A stretch of DNA of 29,341 nt from Eledone cirrhosa (GCA_964016885.1 CAXHJY010001355.1:1-29341); one strand, 5' to 3'; positions 11,379 through 23,820 are shown, numbered from the stretch's first letter. Notes: generated by a model from the sequence alone, not told the origin. A program made the numbers and translations.

Positions 11379-11766
11379 TTAATAATTATATTTGATTTAG
11401 TATTCATTTGATTGCTTCAGTGTTTCTCTCTTTTTATCCTAATATATTTGTTAATATTCCTGTTTGCTTGTCTGGGCTTCCCTCAACCAACTCCTCTATC
11501 TTCTCTTCAACCTTGCCCTACCCTTCACTACCTCTTGCCCATCCTTAGTAAATTCTGTGAGGATCATTAAGTCAGAACAACGCCACTATTGTTGATTCAC
11601 GAGACAAGACGCCGTACTTTACACCAAAACAACAGTTCCACATGTGGCGAGTACCATTACACAGATCTTGACATTGGTAGACAGCATTTCCAGATTATTA
11701 TTATTTCTTTTTAATAAATATATTGATTTCATGAGAGGATAAACAACCACGACAACATGAACTATG

Positions 11767-11767
<1 letters not shown>

Positions 11768-11806
<39 letters not shown>

Positions 11807-11923
11807 GCATATATATATATATATACATCATGCATATATATATATATATATATACATCATGCATATATATATACACCCACAGCATATATATGTATTGTCA
11901 TATATATATATATATAAACATCA

Positions 11924-11966
<43 letters not shown>

Positions 11967-12157
11967 TCTTATGTAGACAAGCAGAAATTCATATACACAT
12001 GCAGGCCTATATATGTGTGTATGTATGTATGTATATATATATATATGTATATATATATACATCATGCATATATATATATATATATATATACATCATGCAT
12101 ATATATATACACCCACAGCATATATATGTATTGTCATATATATATATATAAACATCA

Positions 12158-12224
<67 letters not shown>

Positions 12225-12466
12225 TCTTATGTAGACAAGCAGAAATTCATATACACATGCAGGCCTATATATGTGTGTATGTATGTATGTATATATATAT
12301 ATATGTATATATATATACATCATGCATATATATATAGACCCCCAGCATATATATGTACTGTCATATATATATATATATATATATACATCATGCATATATA
12401 TATATATACTCTTATATAGACATGCAGAAATTCATATACACATGCAGGCCTATATATATGTGTATG

Positions 12467-12480
<14 letters not shown>
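11768..12480. repeat. Compound minisatellite built of (TA)n spacers and fixed motifs
   Basis: ACTCTTATGTAGACAAGCAGAAATTCATATACACATGCAGGCC at 11965 and 12223, with a variant at 12408. CATCATGCAT recurs about 9 times. Confidence 0.9.
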
Positions 12481-12507
<27 letters not shown>

Positions 12508-12540
12508 TACATACGCATAGACAAACGCACATACACGTGC

Positions 12541-12620
<80 letters not shown>

Positions 12621-12939
12621 TGTATGCAGGTATGTATGTATATGCGTGTGTTTGTACTGTTCTAATACATAGACACATACACAGACATGTATAAACAATA
12701 GTAATTACAACACAAGATACCATTTTTGTGCGTAAGAAATAAGTAAATATAGTAAATATAGAACAGAATAAAAAAAGTAATCTCTTATTTACTAGGTTCA
12801 GTCGTAATATTTGATAGAATATAGCAAAGGAAAATATCGTTGTTTATTCAGTTTTATATTGGTAGAAGCAAATATATAAATATTAAAGATGGAAGATGAA
12901 ATAAAAATGGCGGATTAAGAAAACATTGAGTCAGCGGGA

Positions 12940-13402
12940 TATAGTGGGAGGGAGAGAGAGAAACAGAGAGACGTTCAGAGAGAAGGAGGGAAAGAGAATG
13001 GGAGAGGAAGGGAATGAGAAAGTGAAAGAAAGTGCCGCAGAAAAAGAGAAAAGAAGCGAGAGAAAGTGAATGAGAAGATAAAATATATGGAGAGCTAGTG
13101 AATGAGATGGGGGTAGTTAGAGTCAGATACGCAGGCAGACGAACAGAGAGATAGAAGACAAAATATAGAGAGAGAGCATAGAGAACGAAACAGAGGAGAT
13201 ATAAATAGAACGAAAGAAAAGGAACGGTAAAACAGGGAGGGAGAAAGAGAAAAATAGAAAGTGTGTTATGTAGAGTGATAGAGACAGAAAGATAGATAAG
13301 GCGAGAAAGACTGCGGAAAAGCGGGAAAATATGAGAGAGAACAAAAAAACATATAGATAGATATATGTATATACATATAAGAGAGAGCGAGAGAGAGGGA
13401 GA

Positions 13403-13458
<56 letters not shown>

Positions 13459-13511
13459 ATGAAAGAAATAAAGAAAGATAGAAAGAAATAGAAACATAGA
13501 AAGAGAGATAG

Positions 13512-13553
<42 letters not shown>

Positions 13554-13580
13554 AGAGAGAGAGAGAGAGAGAGAGAGATC
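12940..13580. repeat. Purine-rich low-complexity tract with (GA)n and (TA)n
   Basis: Seen directly. Confidence 0.85.
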
Positions 13581-13619
13581 CCCTGAGGCATTAAAATAAA
13601 ATAGAATTAAGAGTGGTGA

Positions 13620-13811
13620 AATAATTGTTTCTACTTTTCGCACAAGGCCACCAATTATCCCTGTGTATTACTGGTACTTTATTTTATCGACCCCCGTAAG
13701 GATGAAAGGCAAAGTTAACCTCGGCGGGATTTGAACTGAGGTCGTAAATGGACGTAACTCTATGCTGTAAAGCAGGGCGTCCAATCCTCTACCGATACAG
13801 CCAATCCACCG
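13620..13811 (-). mobile_element. Meta-like tRNA SINE, full length
   Basis: Same core as 7233-7428: ATCGACCCCCGTAAGGATGAAAGGCAAAGTTAACCTCGGCGGGATTTGAACT. Confidence 0.92.
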
Positions 13812-14142
13812 TGACATTGTATAGGAAACGTTTATGATTTAGTTCTAGATTTTATTTAATCAAGGATTTGCCATAATTTCATATGAGTTCATTGCAGATT
13901 GTTTGAACCAGTAATGTTTCTAAATCAGTCACGAACGTCTCTACAATTCCATAGTCTCGTCTTGTACTTTATAGTAAGCTGAGATACAGGGATTGGTGTA
14001 GATATCAGTGCATGAAATGTTGACTGTTAAAATTATACATCATTTGTCAGGGGTATATTTGTTTGTGTGTGTGCGTGTTTGTTTGTGTGTGTGTGTAAGT
14101 GTGTGTGTATGATAGGTTTATGTCATCTGTAAGTGTGTGAGA

Positions 14143-14480
14143 TAGGCGGCGAATTGGCAGAGCCATTAGAACGTCAGATAGAATATTTTATGCTTTTCGT
14201 TCCGCCTCTCTGCTCTCTGAGTTCAAATCCCGCCGAGGTCAACATGGCCTTTCATCCTTTCGAGTTCGATAAAAAAAAAAGTACCAGTCTAGTACTGGGG
14301 TCGATTCTTCTTATATATCTCTTTCTCATTTCCTCTCTCTCATTTTCAATCTTTCTCTGGAAGAAATCTGCTGTACTCAGGCCTAGTGAGGGATGGGCTC
14401 CGCCAGGCCCCCAAAAAGCCCAAGAAACGCCGTTTGTCAATACGGCACCCCTACGACTCTATCAGAAGTTACGGGACCAA
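14143..14480 (+). mobile_element. Meta-like SINE subfamily with an alternative 3' tail
   Basis: Head GGCGGCGAATTGGCAGAGCCATTAG plus the Meta-like core, then a TC-rich linker and the tail GAAGAAATCTGCTGTACTCAGGCCTAGTGAGGG...GACTCTATCAGAAGTTACGGGACCA. A second copy lies at 24165-24510. Confidence 0.85.
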
Positions 14481-14630
14481 ACATACACACACATACATGT
14501 GTGTGTCTTAGTTTTTTTTCTATTATAAAGTATTGTTTCCTTCATTCATCTTCTCCATATTTCAGAATAGCATTAATTGACCTCCAATGCTTTTCAATAT
14601 ACTTTTTGCTGGTGTTGTGGTATGTATGTA

Positions 14631-14670
<40 letters not shown>

Positions 14671-15079
14671 CTGACCGCTTCCTCGCACTTCCACTCACAC
14701 ACTCTCTGTTTCTCCCCTTCTCACTTCCTCCCGTTTGGCTTACAGTGGGTCTCTTCTTGCTTACATCTCACTCACGTCGGACGTCTGTACCTTTCGCTCA
14801 TGAAATCCACCCAGCTTATGCTGACCAGGACAACCATGTTGCTTGTTTTTTTCCTTTCTTTGGTTTGCTTTTATCCTTCTATGTTGTTCACTTTTCCCCC
14901 TCGCCTTACGCGATTTACTGGTCCCAATAACTATTTTTAGTTATTGCTCGCACCAACCTGAGGTATATGATTTTTAATGTGGTGAAATACCAATGATGGT
15001 TGGAAAATCACTGACGAAGGACTATTTTTATCATATGTAACCCATGTGCAACCACGCAGTATTCTTCTTTCTTCTCATG

Positions 15080-15137
<58 letters not shown>

Positions 15138-15139
<2 letters not shown>

Positions 15140-15393
15140 AGGGCGGGTAAAATTCCAGAGATCCATGGACGAGTTCTCTCCAGCGGTCTCTGTCCCTCAT
15201 TATCGCTGCCATGTCCTGCGTCTCCAACAGACCAGTGTCTGTCTTTAGGGTATCAACATACGTTAACCTTGGTCTTCCTCTTCCAGTGTGTCCATGTAGG
15301 GGCTCCCACAGGAGCACTGAGTGCAATGTCAACTCTGAATGTCGGTGAGCATGTCCAGCTAACCTCAATCTCCTCTGTGTCACTTTTGAGCTG
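15138..15393 (-). mobile_element. RTE-clade LINE 3' end fragment between (TA)n and (GA)n
   Basis: QRRLRLAGHAHRH...VLLWEP...GRGRPRLTYVDTLKTDTG...MRDRDRWRELV is a canonical RTE C-terminus. Confidence 0.92.
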
Positions 15394-15408
15394 AGAGGGG
15401 GGATAGGG

Positions 15409-15490
<82 letters not shown>

Positions 15491-15642
15491 AATGGTGGAA
15501 TTGGAAATAGCACGGAAAATATATTTAATGGATCTGTTTTGCTTTTTTTTCTTCTTTGATCCATCAAAGTGACATTATTGAAAAAATTGAGAGGAACAAT
15601 TATTTTTAAAAAAGAGTTCTATAATGTATATAAAATATATAA

Positions 15643-15690
15643 AATATAACCGGTTTCGATGTATCAGTATGAACCATCTTATCAAATGTT
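15643..15690 (-). ncRNA. Minimal type-I hammerhead ribozyme-like motif, U3-A8 core variant
   Basis: Minus strand reads AACAT-TTGATAA-GATG-(13 nt)-CATC-GAAA-CCGG-TT-ATATT. Stem I has 4/5 pairs, stem II is GATG/CATC, and stem III is the palindrome ACCGGT. Confidence 0.6.
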
Positions 15691-16044
15691 GGATATTATA
15701 ATTGAAAAGAATAAAAAAGAATAAAAAAGAATCAGAATGTTTTTTAATTTATTATTAAGTGTTGAAACGGTCTGTTCATATTTCTTGTGAAGATTGGGTC
15801 TAAAATGGAGCCCTATATATATATAGTTATTTCTATATGAAATATATATACGGAATGCCGGGTTTATATACACACACACACACACAAATACATATATATA
15901 CATATATATACATATATATATATAATATAACGAAGGAAGTGTGGTAAGGAACCAGATGGACCATAACGCACCAGAGTACTCAATACTTGAGCTCTGCTGT
16001 CGGGGTTAAACATTTTCCTATAAATGATATATATATATATATAT

Positions 16045-16345
16045 ATTGTTATACTTCGGGAGGGTCATGTTGCCAATAAGAAACACATGCACCAGTTGGT
16101 TTCACTTCAATTTATTATAAATTAAATTTATACATTTAGGAATTTATAAATTTCCGGTTGGTTAGTTGGTTCCACAACCAGATGACTGTTCATATATTGT
16201 CAAACTTCTTTCGTCACACATTCTGTGACCTCTTCAGTGACTGGGGATTCTTTTCTTTGTTTTTGTGCTTCTCCTTTGTTCTGTCCTACGCCATCTTGTT
16301 TTTGTGTGTGTTGTGTGCTTAGTTTTCGCATGTGTTATCTTGCTA
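16045..16345 (-). mobile_element. Probable Penelope-like (PLE)-derived terminal repeat fragment embedded in (TA)n
   Basis: Non-coding island bounded by (TA)n on both sides and carrying a minimal hammerhead-like motif. Such motifs are characteristic of PLE pseudo-LTRs. Confidence 0.45.
16199..16241 (-). ncRNA. Minimal type-I hammerhead ribozyme-like motif (probably decayed)
   Basis: Minus strand reads GTCA-CTGAAGA-G-GTCACA-GAATG-TGTGAC-GAAA-GAAG-TT-TGAC. It has a 4-bp stem I, a 6-bp stem II and intact CUGANGA and GAAA boxes. The stem III loop is not palindromic. Confidence 0.65.
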
Positions 16346-16436
16346 AACAAATTCAGAAACGAAATATATATATACATATATATATATACAATATATATAT
16401 ATATATATATATGTATATAATATATATATATACACA

Positions 16437-16473
<37 letters not shown>

Positions 16474-16505
16474 GTACATATGTATACATATATATGTATA
16501 TATAT

Positions 16506-16696
16506 ATAATTGTTTCTACTTTTGGAACAAGGCCAGCAATTACCCAGTGTATTACTGGTACTTTATTTTATCGACCCCGTAAGGATGAAAGGCAAAGTTA
16601 ACCTCGGCGGGATTTGAACTCAGAATGGCAAGGGCCGTAACTCTTTACTGCAAAGCATGGCGTCCGACCCTCTACCGATACTGCCAATCCACCGCT
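16506..16696 (-). mobile_element. Meta-like tRNA SINE, full length, inserted in (TA)n
   Basis: Family core as above. ATATATAAT is present on both flanks. Confidence 0.92.
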
Positions 16697-16738
16697 CATA
16701 TATAATATATATATATATATATACATATATACATATAT

Positions 16739-17032
16739 GGGAGTGAAGGACCCCTAGCCTTTGTCAGGACATTCTTCTAGGAGAAGGCAACTCAGGAAAC
16801 TGGGATAACTCCGATATAAAACCTGCGGCTCAGTAGTTACCGATGATGTTGATCTTTTCTTCTTTTCGGGTTATAGCTACTGTCGCTAAGAGAGTGGGAT
16901 TGGCTCAGTGCACAGTCTTTCCTCACTTTAAAAATATCTTCACGCACAGGCATTGCACGATAGAATTAACTAATAATTATTAATAATGGTATATCGTGCA
17001 ATGGCCAAACTCGATAACGAGGGGCCAGCCAT
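16739..17032 (+). mobile_element. Probable RTE-related non-coding repeat (5'UTR-like) with a terminal hairpin
   Basis: CTAGGAGAAGGCAACTC...GATATAAAACC resembles the TAGGAGAAGGAAAACTCTG..CAAACC motif I recall from RTE-related leaders. Bounded by (TA)n. Inverted repeat CATTGCACGATA/TATCGTGCAATG. Confidence 0.45.
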
Positions 17033-17419
17033 CATATATATATATATATAAATATACAGAATATACATATATATGTGCGTTGGGTGTGTGTGTGTGTTTA
17101 GGAATTACTTGTAAAAATAGAATGTGTATAGTGTATATCTTCAAGGAATGACATAGCTAATAAAAATGACATAATTGAGAGAAAACAGGCAAACTATTAA
17201 GATTTCAGATCTAAATAATTAGTAGACAAAGGAAGTTATCAATCGGGATGTGTGAATAAAAGAATAAAAGAACAAGAATAAGGCAACAACGAAAATATAT
17301 AACACTAACAACACAAAAAATAACAGAAACCGAATTTTAAAGTTTGAAGGCCACCATCCGCCATCAGACCATCTCGTAGTGAATGAGACATGACATCTTC
17401 CTATATGAAAGGTAATAGG

Positions 17420-17752
17420 TATGTGGGAAGGTAGGAAGGTGGAGAGGTGGGATGGTGGGGTGGTGAGAAGGGGGGAAGTGGTAGGTGGGAAGGTTAGATG
17501 TTGGGAAGGTGTGAGGGTGGGAAGGTGTATAGGGTGGGTGGTGGGGAGGTGGGGTGGTGGGGAGGTGGGTGGTGAGGAGGTGGGTAGTGGAAGGTGAGAA
17601 GGTGGGAAGGAGGGAAATAGAAGGTGGGAAGGTGGGAATGTGGAGAGGATGGGTGGTGGAGAGGTGGGAAGGAGGGAAGTGGAAGGTGAGAAGGTGAGAA
17701 GGTGGGGAGGTGAGAAGGTGGGGGAGGTGGGATAGTGAGAAGGTGGGAAGGT
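17420..17752 (+). repeat. G-rich (AGGTGGG/AAGGTGAG)-type degenerate satellite
   Basis: Seen directly. Many GGG runs and essentially no C. Confidence 0.9.
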
Positions 17753-17869
17753 GCATCATAAGCGCACGATGGTTTGTGTGTGTATGAGTGTGTGTGCCTG
17801 TCTCTGTGCGGAGGGTGGGGGCGTTGTGCGTGGGTGTGACGAATGAAAAGTTGGTGATGGAGAAGTGAT

Positions 17870-18148
17870 AGAAGAAGAAGAAGAAGAAGAAGAAGAAGAA
17901 GAAGAAGAAGAAGAAGGAGGAGGAGGGGGGAAGAAGACGAAGAGGAAGAGGAAGAAGAAGAAGAAGAAGAAGAAGAAGGAGGAGGAGGAGGAGGAGGAGG
18001 AGGAGACGAAGAAGAAGAAGAAGAAGAAGAAGAAGAAGAAGAAGAAGAAGAAGAAGAAGGAGGAGGAGGAGGGGAGAAGAAGAAGAAGACGAAGAAGAAG
18101 AAGAAGAAGAAGAAGAAGAAGAAGAAGAAGAAGAAGAAGAAGAAGAGG
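17870..18148. repeat. (GAA)n/(GGA)n compound microsatellite
   Basis: Seen directly. Confidence 0.97.
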
Positions 18149-18307
18149 ATCATGACAACACCCACAACACCCACAACAACAAAAGACAGACAGAACGAAA
18201 GCAAAAAGGGATCTTGGAAGACATCAAAGAAATATAAGAGAAGATAGACAGGGAGGGGGGGATAAAGATGTTAAATAATTTGATAGATTACAGTACATAT
18301 GGTCGTA

Positions 18308-18443
18308 CATGTGTATGTCAGTGTGGGTATGTTTGTGAGTGTGTGTGTTTGTGAGTGTTTGTGTGTGTATGTGTGCGCGTCTGTGTGTTTGTGGGTTTGT
18401 GTGTGTGTTTCTCTGTGTGTGTGTTTGTGTGTTAAAGTGTGTG

Positions 18444-18474
<31 letters not shown>

Positions 18475-19556
18475 TTGTGTGTGTGTTTCTGTGTTTGTGT
18501 TTTTGTGTGTTTGAGTGTTTGTGGGTTTGTATGTGTTACTGTGTGTTTCTGTGTTTCTGTGTGTTTGTTTGTGTGTGTTTGTGAGTTTGTGTTTGGGTGT
18601 TTGTGTGTGTGCGTTTCTGTGTTTCTGTGTGTGTGTTTGTGGGTTTGTGTGAGTGTTTCTGTGTGTTTGTGTGTGCGCGCGCGCGTTTGTGTGTTTGTGT
18701 GTGTGTGAGTGTGAGTGTATGCGTGAGTGTGTGTGCGTGTGTGTGTGTGTGAGTGTTTGTGTGTTTGTGGGTTTGTGTGAGTGTTTCTGTGCGTTTGTGT
18801 GTATGTTTGTGTATGTGTGTGTGTGTGTCTTTGTGTGTTTCTGTGTGTTTCTGTGTATGTTTGTGTATTTGTGTGTATGTGTCTTTTTGTGTTTATAACC
18901 GGTTGCCTTAAGAAGTTGTGTGCAAATTATAAATATTAAATGTAGTCCTTCCAACGCAAATGAGCATAATAATAGTCGAATGTTATAAATAATAGTTGAG
19001 AAACTTAGGTAATGTAAGCCTGAAAACGGATAAAGCAGACAGTGTGTGAGCGTGTGTTTGTATGTGTGTGAGCGTGTATTTGTATGTGTGTGACCGTGTG
19101 TTTGTATGTGTGTGACCGTGTGTTTGTATGTGTGTGTGCGTGTGTTTGTATGTGTGTGAGCGTGTGTGTGGTTGGTTTTGTGAAATAATACTATACTCAT
19201 TCAAACAAAATTAACTCAAGTAGATATATGGATATGAATATATACTTAAGTCAAGTGTATATAGAGCCAAAGAGTGAGGGGGAGAAGGGGGAAAGAGAGA
19301 TATGATATAGACATACATATATATAAAAGGAGAGAGTAAGTGGGGGTTATGTCTGCGTGTGTGTTTGTTTGTTTTAGTGTGTGCGTTTGTCTTTGTGTGT
19401 GTGTCTGTGTGTATGTTAGTGTGTGTCTGTGTGTGTCTGAATATGCGTCTTTGTGTGTGTTTGTGTTTGTGTGTGTGTGTCTGAGTGTTTGTGTATGCGT
19501 GTGTGTGTGCGTGTGTGTGCCTGTATGTCTGGGAGTGAGTGTGTGCGTGTGTGAGT
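18308..19556. repeat. Degenerate (GT)n/(GTTT)n tracts, including a ~20-bp unit CGTGTGTTTGTATGTGTGTGA at 19050-19165
   Basis: Seen directly. Confidence 0.85.
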
Positions 19557-19794
19557 GGTAAAGAAGAGAAAGTAAATGTTTCTAAAGGAACACTGCAAAA
19601 CAACTGGTATTCGCTGTTCTCTCAATGGTCTGAGATTCAGGAAGGTGAGGCAGACAGAGAAAGGTGGAAGAGAAACGCACACACAATCAGAGAGAGGGGC
19701 GGAGAGAGACAGAGAGATGGGTGAGAGAGAGAGAGAGGGGGGGGGGGGAGAGAACACATTGAACCTGCTCAAAAACATGAAGCAAATAAGAAAA

Positions 19795-20002
19795 ATAGTT
19801 TCTGAAGCAAGCACAAGGCCAGCAATGTTGCGGAGAGGAAAATCGATTAGATCGACCCCAGCAATTGATTGGTTCTTAATTTTATCGGCTCCAGGAAAAT
19901 GAGGGGCCAAGTTGACTTCGATGAGATTTGAATTCAGAATGTAAAGGGTCGTAACTAAATGACATCAGTCAGACATGCTAACGACTCTGCCAATCCACCA
20001 CC
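19795..20002 (-). mobile_element. Meta-like tRNA SINE, diverged
   Basis: GCACAAGGCCAGCAAT...GATCGACCCCAG...GATTTGAATTCAGAATGTAAAG...CTAACGACTCTGCCAATCCACCACC. Confidence 0.88.
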
Positions 20003-20074
20003 TTATATGATAATTATTCCTTTATTAATGCTGGTCATTTATATAGATCTAAAATATAAAATCTGTACACCAGA

Positions 20075-20336
20075 AGGCCCGTCATGACAGTGTTTATCCC
20101 GATTTCATGGCAGGAAGTGACAGAGAGTACAACACTTACCCCTGGATAAGACGCTAGTCCATCGCAGTCTTAGACCCCAAACTATTGTTTGTACTCATTT
20201 TCAGCTGAGTATACTGTATCAAGGTTATATGAAGTGTTTTTGCTCAAGATCACAACACGCAACCCAGCCCAGGAATCGCATCCACAGCAGTATGATCGTA
20301 AGTCCAACACCCTCACTTCTAGGCCTCATGCCTCCA
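20075..20336 (-). mobile_element. CORE-like tRNA SINE, same family as 25230-25501
   Basis: Reverse complement of the 25230 copy: CCCCTGGATAAGACGCTAGTCCATCG...GTACTCATTTTCAGCTGAGTATACTG...TTGCTCAAGATCACAACACGC...GTAAGTCCAACAC...GCCTCCAC. Confidence 0.88.
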
Positions 20337-21425
20337 CCTTTATATAGATAGAAGCCAGAAATCGGTATAGAAGAGAAACGCCATCTGCAACATCGGAGGA
20401 GCTGAGAAATATCCTATATCTTTAAGATAACAGTCCTTTAGCTGTCGTTAGATTGCTGATTGGGTTTTAACTATCATTTATCCCCCAAGAACGTCACGCA
20501 TTCATCTCCAATCTCCCCCTAAGTTAACACAGTAATTCTGTCGTCTTTTCTTATGTTTAACATCAAAATAAATGTTAAGTTTATCCCATAAAATTACTGT
20601 AAAGTTCAGGCCTTCAATGTAGGGAGAGGACAACTTTTAGTAAGGATTTTCTAGCCTCTTAGTTGAGTTTAATCTGTGCTATACCTTCTTTTTCATCTTA
20701 CAGTTCCCGGTTGTTCCCATTTTTCTCTAGATCCCACCTCCTCCAAATTGCCACAAGATGGTGTGATGGAACTGCTATTTTTAGCCTGTGTAGTGTTCTG
20801 ATTTGGAGGAGGAAACCACTGACTGGATTTCCTGGGTTTCTACTTCATCAATCTTTAATAACGCTAAACCGGAGGTTGAAGCGATTTCGTTTGTTTCTAC
20901 TTTCGCTCTAGTTATTCGTGAAGCCCGACCGTTGAAGCTGTCGGGACCAATAGCAGTAGCAACAGCAGCAGCAGCAGCAGTTGCATCGGCAGCAACACCA
21001 TAAGAAGTAGCTGTATTCTACACATCAGCAGCCTGCTATGGTCGCTGCAACTTTTACTGTCAGTTACTCTAATTTTTCCCCACATTTTTGCTTCAACTGA
21101 AGAGAAACTCATCATCTGGTTTTTACCACTATGTATGAAGCAACTGAACCTTCAGCCCTGACACATCAGTAAAATGGATACTCCTTCAATGTATGAGGAG
21201 TACAACTACCGGAGAATTCCCGGTAGTTGTCACCAATGAGCTTACCAACAGTCTGAATTTTACCGCCTAAACTACAAGACAAAGTTCGATGTCGGAACCA
21301 ACATATTTGGCCGCGACCTTCGTATAACTTTTTTCACTGGCTGTGTTGACAGGTGTGTGGTAGACTAGTTCTATTTGATTCCTTGTCGGTTTTAAAGAAC
21401 AGGCAAACGCTACAATATGCCTTAC

Positions 21426-21450
21426 CCCTATCGAGGGAGCGTACATCTTG
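21426..21450 (-). CDS. Candidate 25-nt microexon (QDVRSLDR+G, phase 0 to phase 1)
   Basis: Strong acceptor CTTTTTCTTTTGTGTAG| and donor GGG|GTAAGG. The terminal G plus the AT of the 8230 exon gives GAT in the open frame. Confidence 0.35.
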
Positions 21451-21554
21451 CTACACAAAAGAAAAAGCTGATATTTCATTTTAAATTTGCAGATATTTAC
21501 TTTTATATCCAGCTGTGCTCCGTTTGTTAAACACACGCAAAGCAGCAACATAGT

Positions 21555-23820
<2,266 letters not shown>

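Noticed and set aside
8896-11411. Plus-strand poly-Val/Met and Gly-rich ORFs
   Set aside because: They are alternative frames of the GGT/GAT satellite, broken by stops, with no non-repetitive domain.
11575-11700. Short Cys-rich minus-strand frame (YQCQDLCNGTRHMWNCCFG)
   Set aside because: It is short, has no convincing splice sites or start, and matches no domain I recognise.
11768-12480. CRISPR-like repeat-spacer appearance
   Set aside because: The context is eukaryotic, the spacers are (TA)n rather than unique, and there are no cas genes.
15008-15030. Hammerhead-like CTGACGAAGGAC
   Set aside because: No closing stem II or GAAA box downstream.
17494-18204. Poly-Glu/Lys/Arg and poly-Phe/Ser/Leu ORFs
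   Set aside because: They are frames of the (GAA)n/(GGA)n microsatellite.
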